Below the pieces are notes generated by a model that worked only from the letters and a program-made list of their open reading frames with translations, was not told the DNA's origin and ran no database searches. 64,000 bases of DNA from contig JACPMR010000015.1 of assembly GCA_016185945.1 (NCBI GenBank), forward strand, positions 7,256 through 71,255, read 5' to 3'. Shown piece after piece: positions 56,016 through 64,000 of this stretch. The stretch comes from Candidatus Woesearchaeota archaeon (GTDB lineage Archaea > Nanobdellota > Nanobdellia > Woesearchaeales > GW2011-AR4). Position 1 is the first letter of the stretch, and the number at the start of each line of letters is the position of its first letter. The position numbers were made by a program, and so were the translations under genes.

Positions 56016-56441
56016 ATGAAAGTTAAAGAGGTACTACACAGAATTATGAAGATTTCTTCCGACACTAGTGTTGCTGAAGCTGCAAGAATAATGAGTGAGA
56101 AGCTGACTGGTTCTGTTTTAGTGGAAGAAGATGGTGATGTTATTGGTATAATGACTGAAAGGGATATGATGCGCAAGGTTGTTGCAAAAGCCAAAAATGC
56201 CAATCAGTTGAAAGTGAAAGACATAATGAGCACTCCCCTCATTACGATTGATGCAAACGAGGATATTTTAGAGGCAAGCAGAATAATGGATCGGCACAGG
56301 ATAAGAAGACTTATTGTTGTTGAAGATGGTAAGATTATAGGGAAAGTCACAGCCAATAGCATTTCTAGAAATCTTAAATATTTGTTAGCGAGAGACACGT
56401 CAATGTATTCTAAAACCGAATATTATGGGCATAGAGAATAA
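56016..56441 (+). CDS. CBS-domain pair protein
   Basis: 141 aa; two CBS motifs (VLHRIMKISSDTSVAEAARIM ... and LITIDANEDILEASRIM ... RLIVVEDGKIIG). Confidence 0.75.
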   Translation: MKVKEVLHRIMKISSDTSVAEAARIMSEKLTGSVLVEEDGDVIGIMTERDMMRKVVAKAKNANQLKVKDIMSTPLITIDANEDILEASRIMDRHRIRRLIVVEDGKIIGKVTANSISRNLKYLLARDTSMYSKTEYYGHRE

Positions 56442-56484
56442 AAACAATAAAATTTATTAGACAAGCGCATGTCCTCATTCATAT

Positions 56485-56624
56485 GCGCCGGTAGCTCAGC
56501 TTGGTGAGGCTAGCGAGCACTCGCTTTGCTTCGTGCAAATAGAGCGAAAGGTTCCTAACCTTTAGGCCGGGGGCATGATTGAGTACATGCTCTTTCATCC
56601 CGAATTCGAATCCTCCCCGGCGCG
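56485..56624 (+). tRNA. tRNA-Arg (anticodon CCU) with two non-canonical introns (D-arm ~36 nt; T-arm position 53/54 ~31 nt)
   Basis: Acceptor GCGCCGG/CCGGCGC (7 bp); U8-A9-GCUC-AGCUUGGU D-arm start; anticodon arm AAAGG-UUCCUAA-CCUUU at 56547-56563 (U33, anticodon CCU, A37); T-stem 5' GGGGG at 56569-73 separated by 31 nt from the T-loop UUCGAAU + CCUCC; D-arm 3' half GAGC-G at 56542-46 follows a 36-nt insertion containing the GCGAGCACUCGC hairpin. Confidence 0.6.
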
Positions 56625-56975
56625 TTTATAAATTTAAAAATAAATATAAATCTAACTATATGATACCCATTATCTGCTTCAGCGATGTGGGTACCCCTCA
56701 TATAACTTGTTCCACCTAATGATGAACAATAAAGTGCATTAAGCACACTGCCTCGTACTGATGAGGAACCCATGGAGTAGTGCTATCTAGCATAGCATGA
56801 AAAATTGTATCCGAAGCGAGAGAGCAGAAAAAATTATTTGAAATCGAAGTACATTCTTAAATTACAAGAAACATTGCCAACCACAAAAATCTTTTAGCAA
56901 ATTGTTGTGGTTGGCAAGATAGCAAACCACAGCTATTATACCCATCTATTTCTGTGGTTTGCTATATAAGTAAAT

Positions 56976-58388
56976 TTATTTCACAAACCTCTTCACAATC
57001 TCCATCACTTTCTTCCCATCAACCTTTCCCCTGTACTTTGCCATTATCAAGCCCATATAGGCGCTTTGCGTCAGATTTGGTTTTTCTTCAATTATTTTTT
57101 TTATTTCTTTTTCCAAATCTTTTTCAGAAACAGATTCAAAATGCTTTATATCGATTTTCTCTCCAAGCGCCTTTTTTTCCAATAAATCCATTATGGCTTC
57201 TTTTGCTATTTTTCCTTCAGCAAAATATGAAAGCACTTCCTCAAAATCTTTAACATCTAATTTTCCTTTTATTTCAGTGGGTGTATTTACTATAGTCCTG
57301 GCTATAAGCAAAGGCTCTAATTTTCCCAATTTTTTTACAAGAGATTCAAATTCTGTGTCAATCAAATCTTTTCCTACACCTTTAGGCAATCCGTATTTTT
57401 TCTCGAATTCTTCAACTTTTTCTGTTAATAATTTTGGTAATGATTTTCTTAGTCTCTCAATATATGTTTTGTCAACTCTTACTGGCAAAACATCTGTTTC
57501 AGGGTAAAGACGAGCAGCACCCGGCAATGGCCTAAGAAAAGCTGCTGTGAAGTTTGGCTCTGCCTTTCTTACCTCTTTTTCAAGCTTCTTGCCGTGATTT
57601 ATTGCCTCAAGCTGCCTTTTCACTTCATATTCTATCACTTTAGGAATGCTTCTCAAGTCCTGAAAGCCCTTTATCTCTGTTCGTGCTCCGCCTGATATTG
57701 AAATATTGACATCCTGCCTTATTGTACCAAGCCCTCTTTTTACTCCTTCAACGCTTCGCAGAATCATGCCGATATGAGCAGCAACCTCTTTTGCATGTTC
57801 AGGACTTTTTATGTCGGTGCTTGTTGCAATTTCTATTAGAGGAATGCCTAATCTGTCAAGCCTGTACCTTACAAAGTCTTTGTCTTCTTCTAATTTCTGT
57901 GCTGCCTCTTCTTCTAGGCAGATTGTTGGAATTCTAACATTACCAAGAGAAGTTTCAATAAAACCATTGATTGCAACCAATACAGTCCTCTGAAAGCCTG
58001 ATACGTTACTGCCATCAACAACAGTCTTGCGCATTACTTGAATTTCGTCGACTATTTTTGCGTTTAACAATAAAGCAACTTTCAATGTTGTTTCAAGGGC
58101 TTGCGTGTTCAATTTATGTGGCGGCTCTTCGTCTGTCTCTACAAGGCAAACATCCTCGGAATTTGCCTCATAGATTATCTTCTTTTTCTTCATCATCTCA
58201 AATTCCGCTGCAACATCTATGTCGCCTGTTTCTCCAGCTACCGCCTTCAATTTTCTCTCGAATTTTATGTCTGGTTCTTTAGTAGAATTCAAAGTAAGGC
58301 AATTGCAGAATAGTTTTTTGCCTTCTAATTGCTGGTGGATTTCTAAACCACATTTAAATCCAATTTCTTCATAGTTTATTTTTTCCAT
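56976..58388 (-). CDS. gatE: glutamyl-tRNA(Gln) amidotransferase subunit E
   Basis: MEKINYEEIGFKCGLEIHQQLEGKKLFCNC: GatB/GatE catalytic N-terminus; C-terminal YqeY-like helical domain; 470 aa, shorter than typical GatE. Confidence 0.8.
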   Translation of the reverse strand: MEKINYEEIGFKCGLEIHQQLEGKKLFCNCLTLNSTKEPDIKFERKLKAVAGETGDIDVAAEFEMMKKKKIIYEANSEDVCLVETDEEPPHKLNTQALETTLKVALLLNAKIVDEIQVMRKTVVDGSNVSGFQRTVLVAINGFIETSLGNVRIPTICLEEEAAQKLEEDKDFVRYRLDRLGIPLIEIATSTDIKSPEHAKEVAAHIGMILRSVEGVKRGLGTIRQDVNISISGGARTEIKGFQDLRSIPKVIEYEVKRQLEAINHGKKLEKEVRKAEPNFTAAFLRPLPGAARLYPETDVLPVRVDKTYIERLRKSLPKLLTEKVEEFEKKYGLPKGVGKDLIDTEFESLVKKLGKLEPLLIARTIVNTPTEIKGKLDVKDFEEVLSYFAEGKIAKEAIMDLLEKKALGEKIDIKHFESVSEKDLEKEIKKIIEEKPNLTQSAYMGLIMAKYRGKVDGKKVMEIVKRFVK

Positions 58389-58411
58389 TTTTTATTATGT
58401 GTTATCATAGA

Positions 58412-58515
58412 TAGTGAGCGAGGTTAATACCTCGCGAGGGTAACATTTGCCGAAGGCGGATTGAATTGGTAGTTATTATGTTTTATTTCAAGTTTTTCTT
58501 TAGTTTATATTTTTG
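58412..58515. repeat. GC-hairpin repeat element, copy J
   Basis: GTGAGCGAGG-TTAATA-CCTCGCGAGGG hairpin, then TTTGCCGAAGGCGGATTGAATT ... TGTTTTATTTCAAGTTTTTCTTTAGTTTATAT, near-identical to the 3' half of copy H. Confidence 0.6.
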
Positions 58516-58623
58516 TGCTTCTTGTCCTACTTAAAAACTAACATTTTTAAGTTCGTCAGAAACTTCGTTTATGCCGATGCCAATTTGGACATTTCAATAA
58601 AAATTATTTCTTCAAGCAATGAA

Positions 58624-58863
58624 TTATTTCCTTTCCCAAACAACAACATTATCTTTAGCGACTTTTTTTATCCTATGCAATGGGATGTTTGTTTCTTCCT
58701 CATTGTCCAAAACCATAAAAGAACCTTCCAGTTTTTTAATTTTTGTATAAGGGATTTTTATTAATGTTTTTTGAATCCTGTCAAAATAAAAAAGTGTATA
58801 TTGCTCTGGGTTTTCCCTTTTGTCCCATTTTATCTTGTTGAGCAAATCTTTGATTGTAATCAT
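58624..58863 (-). CDS. DUF504-like small protein
   Basis: 79 aa; KWDKRENPEQYTLFYFDR ... ETNIPLHRIKKV ... VVVWER resembles the archaeal DUF504 pattern. Confidence 0.45.
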   Translation of the reverse strand: MITIKDLLNKIKWDKRENPEQYTLFYFDRIQKTLIKIPYTKIKKLEGSFMVLDNEEETNIPLHRIKKVAKDNVVVWERK

Positions 58864-60176
58864 CAGTACAAAAACGCTTTCTCGTCGGTTCTTTCGCTTA
58901 TTTCACCAGCATAGCTTGTGAGCATCATTTCCTTTACTTCTTCAATGTTCTTTGCTTGAGGCAAAACCCAGCCAAGCTTTATGTAAGCAGTTTCTGGAAG
59001 CATGTCCTCTGCAAAGATGCAATTTAACTCCACTGACAATTTTCGCAAATTTGCATAAACATAAGGATGGACTCTGCCGTAAATTGTCTGTGTTGCAATG
59101 ACAACTGGCACTCCATTGTCAATAAGCTCCTTGATTTTTTTAATGAGAGAGTATTTGGGATTTATTGTAGGAACATGCCCAAGCGCAGTGGCAGCAATGA
59201 CAACTCCCTTATACTTTTTCTTTCTGTAGTAATCCATCACATCAGGATCCATTCCAGGATAAACATAAACCAAAGCTGTCTTGTGCTCGAATTTGTCGTC
59301 AACAATAACTTTTTGGCTATTCCTTTTTTTATAGTTTGGGTTTAAAATCTCTATTTTTCCATCCTCATAAACTTTTGCCAGTGGTAATTCATTTATCGGG
59401 CGAAAAGCATCCCTTCTGCTTGTGTGCATCTTCCTTACTTTCGTGCCCCTGTTTAGGATGCAGTAATTGTCATTAGTTGTGCCATGCAAACAGGTTACAA
59501 CTGCTGCTCCGTCAAACTTTGATGCAGCTTGGACTGCGCAAAGTAAGTTTGAGAATGCATCTGAAGAGCCTCTGTCAATGCTTCTCTGGGCTGCTGTAAA
59601 TATAACAGGCTTGTTCAAGTTTCTAAGGAAAAACGACATGGCTGCTGTCGAGAAATGTAAAGTGTCTGTGCCTTGCGTTACAACAACTCCTGCAACTTCA
59701 TTTTCATTCAGTTCTTTTGCAATACTTCTTGCCATCAATTGCCAGTCCTTCGGAGACATGTCCTCGCTCATTATGCCCATAACTTTCTCTGCCCTTAGAT
59801 TTGCAACATTCTCCAGCTCTGGAAGCATTGCAATGAAGTCCTCTGCTGTGTAGTGGGCATAAACGCCCCCTGTCCTATAATCAACTTTTGAAGATATAGT
59901 GCCTCCAAATGAAAGAATAGAAACAGTTGGAAGCCCTTTTTTATGGATTGATTTTGATTTTTCTTCTTTCTTTTTTTCGTATTTCTTTATTACTTCAATC
60001 TTTTTTATTTTTTTGTTGTCTATTCCAATGCCATAGCCATTGTCGAGTTTGATAATGGTATGATCCTTCTCAAAAATCTCAGGGCGAGGCATAAGAATTC
60101 CTTCATAAGTTGCTTCGTCTGCATATACTTTAACAACATCTCCATACTCTGGTTTCATAATAAAATCCGGTTTCAT
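58863..60176 (-). CDS. gatD: glutamyl-tRNA(Gln) amidotransferase subunit D
   Basis: Asparaginase-like domain VSILSFGGTISSKVD ... TQGTDT ... ; N-terminal GatD-specific domain. Confidence 0.85.
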   Translation of the reverse strand: MKPDFIMKPEYGDVVKVYADEATYEGILMPRPEIFEKDHTIIKLDNGYGIGIDNKKIKKIEVIKKYEKKKEEKSKSIHKKGLPTVSILSFGGTISSKVDYRTGGVYAHYTAEDFIAMLPELENVANLRAEKVMGIMSEDMSPKDWQLMARSIAKELNENEVAGVVVTQGTDTLHFSTAAMSFFLRNLNKPVIFTAAQRSIDRGSSDAFSNLLCAVQAASKFDGAAVVTCLHGTTNDNYCILNRGTKVRKMHTSRRDAFRPINELPLAKVYEDGKIEILNPNYKKRNSQKVIVDDKFEHKTALVYVYPGMDPDVMDYYRKKKYKGVVIAATALGHVPTINPKYSLIKKIKELIDNGVPVVIATQTIYGRVHPYVYANLRKLSVELNCIFAEDMLPETAYIKLGWVLPQAKNIEEVKEMMLTSYAGEISERTDEKAFLY

Positions 60177-60217
60177 AATAAAAAAGTTAGAATAAGTTTA
60201 TTTAAATGTTTTCAAAA

Positions 60218-60478
60218 TTACTTCCCAACCCAATTATAAACCCAAGCAAAAATAATTCCTGTGATTAAGCCACCAACAAAAAGAACAACTAAGCCGATAA
60301 CAAAAGCGTCAATTGTTATCACAGGCGGCTGTAAAGCAAGCATGTTGTAAGTGACTTTCTTTGCAAGATTAACAACAAAGTTGGGAAATAGCCATATTAC
60401 AATTGTGCGGATTACATAACAAATCACCAAGAATACACCCAAAGCAAGTCCTAATGATAATGGTTTTAGTTTCGCCAT
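60218..60478 (-). CDS. small 2-3 TM membrane protein
   Basis: 86 aa hydrophobic ORF. Confidence 0.35.
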   Translation of the reverse strand: MAKLKPLSLGLALGVFLVICYVIRTIVIWLFPNFVVNLAKKVTYNMLALQPPVITIDAFVIGLVVLFVGGLITGIIFAWVYNWVGK

Positions 60479-60511
60479 TTTAATTGATGAATTTTATTGT
60501 CTATTTTAATT

Positions 60512-60815
60512 TTTCAATCCGCCTGCGGCAAAAATTTGGATATTAACTTATTATTTCAATCCGTCGTGCTTCGCACGACAATTTCTTGGCGCGTCGGCAT
60601 TGACTTGTGAGCGAGTGAGACGAGCTCACTCGCATGCCACTGCTGTGGAAGTTTATTGTTTTCATGCTCCACCTCCACGCCTATTTATTTTGACTGCCAG
60701 CGATACGTCCCTGAGCTGGGTCCCCATCAACGACAAAGTTCGTTGACACCTTGTGCAAGTGGGATTTAACAATCCCACGGACCTTGCAGATGCTGGGAAG
60801 CGAAGTTGTTTGAAA
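60512..60815. repeat. composite GC-rich repeat element, copy K (about 300 bp, several hairpin modules)
   Basis: TTCAATCCGCCTGCGG; TTCAATCC-GTCGTGC-TTC-GCACGAC hairpin; GAGCGAGTGAG-ACGAG-CTCACTCGC hairpin plus CATGCCACTGCTGTGG (as in copy B); AACGACAAAGTTCGTTGACACCTTGTG (as in copy I). Confidence 0.65.
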
Positions 60816-60851
60816 AATTTTTAATTGTTGATTTTTAATTTAACATAATTT

Positions 60852-63455
60852 TTACCCCATATAGCCCGGCTTTTCCTCAAGCATCTGTTTTGCCCTTGTA
60901 GCAGTGAAGTGATCATGTAGTTCTTCATATGCCTTTTCAACGTCTTTTGTAACGCTGGGTCTTACCTTTTCAAGTGCCTTTTCAAAATGCCTTTTGTAGA
61001 TTTCCTTTGAATTTATGTCTTCCCTCAATGCAAGTATTGCTGCTTCCCTGCATACTGCTTCGATGTCAGCACCAACATAGCCGTCTGTTTTTTTGGTGAG
61101 ATATTTTAATAAATCTTCTCTGCTTTTCAAATTTTCACCATCAACTAACTTATCGCTTTCGTACTCAATTGTTGATTCTCCTTTCTCTGTTTTTGCAGCA
61201 AGCATTTTCTTCTTTATCGGCTGCTCCTCAACAGCAATAGGCATGCCTTTTGTATGAACTTTAAAAATTTCAAGACGGGTTAGCTCGTCTGGAATTGGAG
61301 TCAAAATCATCCTGTCAAATCTTCCTGGGCGCAGCAATGCAGTATCCACAATGTCAGGCCTGTTTGTTGCTGCGATTATGACAACATCATGCAAGTCCTC
61401 CAAGCCGTCAATCTCTGTCAAAAGCTGATTTACAACTCTTTCACTTACATGGCTGTCAGAGCTTGCTCCTCTTCTTGGAGCAAGAGCATCAATCTCATCA
61501 AAGAATATAATGCATGGGCTTACTTGTCTTGCTTTCTTGAAAACTTCTCTAACTGCCTTTTCGCTTTCGCCAACCCATTTGCTTAAAAGCTCAGGCCCTT
61601 TAACCAAGATAAAGTTTGCCTCGCTTTCATTTGCTACCGCCTTTGCAAGCAAGGTTTTTCCAGTTCCAGGAGCGCCAAACAACAATATGCCTTTTGGAGG
61701 TCTTACTCCCAATCTTTTGAATGACTCTGGATGCTTCAAAGGCCATTCAACTGCCTCAATTAATTCCTGCTTAACGATTGCCAATCCGCCTATGTCTGCC
61801 CATTTGACATTTGGAATTTCAACAAGAACTTCTCTAAGCGCAGATGGACGTACAACCTTCAATGACTCTTTAAAGTCGTGCTGCGTGATCACAAGCTTTT
61901 CAAGCAGTTCCTTTGGCAATGGCTCATCTTCCTTCAGCCTTATATCAGGAAGCACTCTTCTCAAAACAATCATTGCTGCTTCCTTTGCCAAAGAAGCCAA
62001 GTCAGCTCCAACAAAGCCATGGGTTATTTCTGCCAATTCCTTAAGAGAAACTATTTTCAAGTTATAGTTCAGTTTGTCCATGTATCTCTTTAATTTTGAT
62101 ATTTCAATTTTTTTAAACAATTCGTTCTTTTCGGGGTTTTCAACAAGATACTTGTTTATTGTCTTTTCCAATCCCCTTGAGTTTGCATCTTTGTATCTAA
62201 GCAAGTTCAAGATTGCTTCCTTGTACTCTAACTCAAATTCGCTTTCTTTAACTATGTTTTCCTTTGTGTACAATGGCATATTTCTTGTGTGAATTTTCAG
62301 GATGTTTAATCTTCCCTCTTTACTTGGCACTCCAATCTCTATTTCCCTATCAAATCTACCGGGCCTTCTCAAAGCAGGATCGAGGATGTTTGGAACATTA
62401 GTTGCTGCTATCACAACAACCTTTCCTCTACTCTGCAAGCCATCCATTAATGCGAGCAACTGTGCAACTACTCTTCTCTCAACCTCTCCTCTTGTTTCCT
62501 CTCTTTTTGAGGCAATTGCATCAATCTCGTCAATGAAAATTATGGAAGGGGCGTTCTTTTCTGCTTCCTCAAATTTCTTTCTTAAGTTTTCTTCACTTTG
62601 TCCATAATACTTAGACATTATTTCAGGACCATTAATCAAAATAAAATGAGAGTTTGTTTCGTTTGCAACTGCTTTTGCCAATAATGTTTTTCCAGTTCCA
62701 GGAGGTCCATGCAATAAAACTCCTTTTGGCGCTTCTATGCCCAGTCTTTCAAAAATTTCGGGATGCTTTAACGGCAGCTCAACCATTTCCCTTACTTTCT
62801 TGATTTCGTCTTCCAAGCCGCCTACATCCTCATAGGTTATGTCTGGAACTCTTTCTTCCTCTATTTCAACTGCCTCTGAGCGGAACTCTATTTCAGTTGA
62901 GTCAAGGATAATGACTGGCTGTTTTGGGTTTGTGTCAACAACAACAAACTTTATGTCGCCAAAGCCAATTCCCATCATGCTTTCATCAAGAATGCTGAAA
63001 ATGTCTTCATCAAAGAAAGGATTGGACATCATTGTTGTTTTTCTTCTTCTTGCTCCTCCCAAAGAGACTATATCTCCTTTCACAACAGCCCTGCCTAGAA
63101 GCCCTTGCTTGAATATTTCTGGAGAAGCCCTTATGACAATGCCTTTTCTTGCGGGAGCTATAATGACTTTCTTTGCCTCCTTGACAAGCGCTTTTCTAAT
63201 CTTTACTATTTCTCCTATACCAGTCTTGGCGTTCTTTCTGATAATACCATCCATTCTTATGATATTAAGTCCTATATCACCTGGATAAGAACGGTCTGCA
63301 ATGGCAACTGTTTTACGCTCGCCTTCAATCTCAACTATGTCGCCTGCTTTTATGTCTACTTCAGATAAGTAGCCAGAATCAATCCTTACAATGCCCTTGT
63401 TTACATCATCTTGGATGGCTTCTGCAACCTTAAGCTTTAGTTCTTTTTCCACCAT
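60852..63455 (-). CDS. cdc48: CDC48/VAT AAA+ ATPase with lineage-specific insertions
   Basis: N-domain, two AAA modules (Walker A GPPGTGKT twice, Walker B IIFIDEID / [11 protein letters not shown]); 867 aa versus about 740 typical, extra Lys/Glu-rich segments in the helical lid of D1 (~80 aa) and D2 (~60 aa). Confidence 0.9.
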   Translation of the reverse strand: MVEKELKLKVAEAIQDDVNKGIVRIDSGYLSEVDIKAGDIVEIEGERKTVAIADRSYPGDIGLNIIRMDGIIRKNAKTGIGEIVKIRKALVKEAKKVIIAPARKGIVIRASPEIFKQGLLGRAVVKGDIVSLGGARRRKTTMMSNPFFDEDIFSILDESMMGIGFGDIKFVVVDTNPKQPVIILDSTEIEFRSEAVEIEEERVPDITYEDVGGLEDEIKKVREMVELPLKHPEIFERLGIEAPKGVLLHGPPGTGKTLLAKAVANETNSHFILINGPEIMSKYYGQSEENLRKKFEEAEKNAPSIIFIDEIDAIASKREETRGEVERRVVAQLLALMDGLQSRGKVVVIAATNVPNILDPALRRPGRFDREIEIGVPSKEGRLNILKIHTRNMPLYTKENIVKESEFELEYKEAILNLLRYKDANSRGLEKTINKYLVENPEKNELFKKIEISKLKRYMDKLNYNLKIVSLKELAEITHGFVGADLASLAKEAAMIVLRRVLPDIRLKEDEPLPKELLEKLVITQHDFKESLKVVRPSALREVLVEIPNVKWADIGGLAIVKQELIEAVEWPLKHPESFKRLGVRPPKGILLFGAPGTGKTLLAKAVANESEANFILVKGPELLSKWVGESEKAVREVFKKARQVSPCIIFFDEIDALAPRRGASSDSHVSERVVNQLLTEIDGLEDLHDVVIIAATNRPDIVDTALLRPGRFDRMILTPIPDELTRLEIFKVHTKGMPIAVEEQPIKKKMLAAKTEKGESTIEYESDKLVDGENLKSREDLLKYLTKKTDGYVGADIEAVCREAAILALREDINSKEIYKRHFEKALEKVRPSVTKDVEKAYEELHDHFTATRAKQMLEEKPGYMG

Positions 63456-63550
63456 TTTGTGTTAACTAATGAATAGGTATAGTGTTTTATAAATCTTTTG
63501 TTTAAAGATTTTTTAGGTTAATCTTATACATTAACAAATTTTAATGTAAT

Positions 63551-63730
63551 AATCCGAGACCCTTCGAAAACCAAAGATTTTCGATAGCTCGCAATTCCTA
63601 CGGAATTGCTTTGCATTGGATAGCTTCGCTGAAATGGGTGCCCAAAAAATAATCTTTGCACTTTATTCCTTACATTATAGTGCTACTGGCGTATGCATGG
63701 TACCTGTGCTTGATTCACGGGAGAAAGAGG
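63551..63730. repeat. GC-rich intergenic repeat element, copy L
   Basis: AATCCGAGACCC ... GCAATTCC-TACG-GAATTGC hairpin ... GAAATGGGTGCCCAAAA ... CTTGATTCACGGGAG (reverse-TIR-like). Confidence 0.55.
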
Positions 63731-63775
63731 ATTGTTTATTGGTTGTTTTATTTGATTTTATTTATTGTCTTGTAG

Positions 63776-64000
63776 TCATCCGATATAACCTTTGTCGGGA
63801 GAGCCAACCTGCACTTTTGGCAATGGAATAGGTGGAGGCAGATTGATTTCTTGACTTAGAATTAATGCTTGTACATTGCATTTTGTAAGTATTGTGTTAA
63901 GCATTCCTGCCATAACCTCTTGCGGCAGCTTTTTATCTTTCTTCCAATCATTTAATAATTCCTTTGCCTTTTTCGGCTCTTCAAGGTAAAGAAGCTCGCC
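63776..64000 (-). CDS. C-terminal part of an unidentified protein (gene continues beyond the window edge)
   Basis: Minus-strand frame open from the window edge to the TGA at 63776-63778 (… LLYLEEPKKAKELLNDWKK … KVQVGSPDKGYIG-stop); no family assignment. Confidence 0.3.
   Translation of the reverse strand, partial: GELLYLEEPKKAKELLNDWKKDKKLPQEVMAGMLNTILTKCNVQALILSQEINLPPPIPLPKVQVGSPDKGYIG

Noticed and set aside
56555-56773. ORF 56555..56773 (-) overlapping the 3' half of the tRNA-Arg locus
   Set aside because: It overlaps a well-supported tRNA (acceptor, anticodon and T-loop elements all present) and has a Cys/Gly/Arg-rich translation; spurious.
1993-63730. Whether the recurring GC-rich intergenic repeats are a CRISPR array or arrays
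   Set aside because: The copies are hundreds to thousands of bp apart, separated by genes, differ in length (100-300 bp), occur in both orientations and have a mosaic module structure. There is no regular repeat-spacer periodicity and no cas genes.
1-64000. rRNA genes, CRISPR-Cas, integrase or transposase genes
   Set aside because: No 16S/23S/5S-like conserved stretches, no regularly spaced repeats, and no ORF with integrase (R ... H-x-x-R ... Y) or DDE/HUH transposase signatures were found in the six-frame track.

Overview
This 64-kb window is an AT-rich (roughly one-third GC) archaeal chromosomal segment, possibly from a small-genome (DPANN-like) lineage; all calls are by eye and none were checked against databases. 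The archaeal assignment rests on a complete A-type ATP synthase operon (H-I-K-E-C-F-A-B-D), GatD/GatE, RNase P Rpp21, CDP-archaeol synthase, a Hel308-like helicase, CDC48/VAT, and tRNAs carrying non-canonical introns. Core content includes a CoA-biosynthesis cluster (coaBC with a GHMP kinase and a candidate archaeal phosphopantothenate synthetase), phosphoserine phosphatase, an aldo/keto reductase, PadR, nitroreductase and rhodanese. It also holds a phospholipid head-group cluster: a PSD-like protein, two PAP2 paralogs, a PmtA-like methyltransferase, two proteins each carrying tandem CDP-alcohol phosphatidyltransferase domains, a PlsC-like acyltransferase, a GT2 and CarS. Two membrane pyrophosphatases of opposite K+-dependence class and a PGK with a large insertion are present. 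The strongest non-standard signals are the following:
- A dense mosaic family of GC-rich, hairpin-rich intergenic repeats with terminal inverted repeats (at least 12 copies, MITE-like); two copies abut truncated genes, a Dph2 fragment and an N-terminally truncated Hel308.
- A bacterial-type, fully intact GGDEF diguanylate cyclase behind an archaeal TATA box.
- A tRNA-flanked accessory island carrying a VapBC pair, a DUF559-like endonuclease, a two-gene candidate nuclease/defence module, a Bro-N fragment and an att-like duplication of the 3' end of a radical SAM gene.
- Two tRNAs with multiple non-canonical introns.
- An A-ATPase operon interrupted by a class-I glutamine amidotransferase, a second proteolipid and an LCIB/beta-carbonic-anhydrase-like protein.
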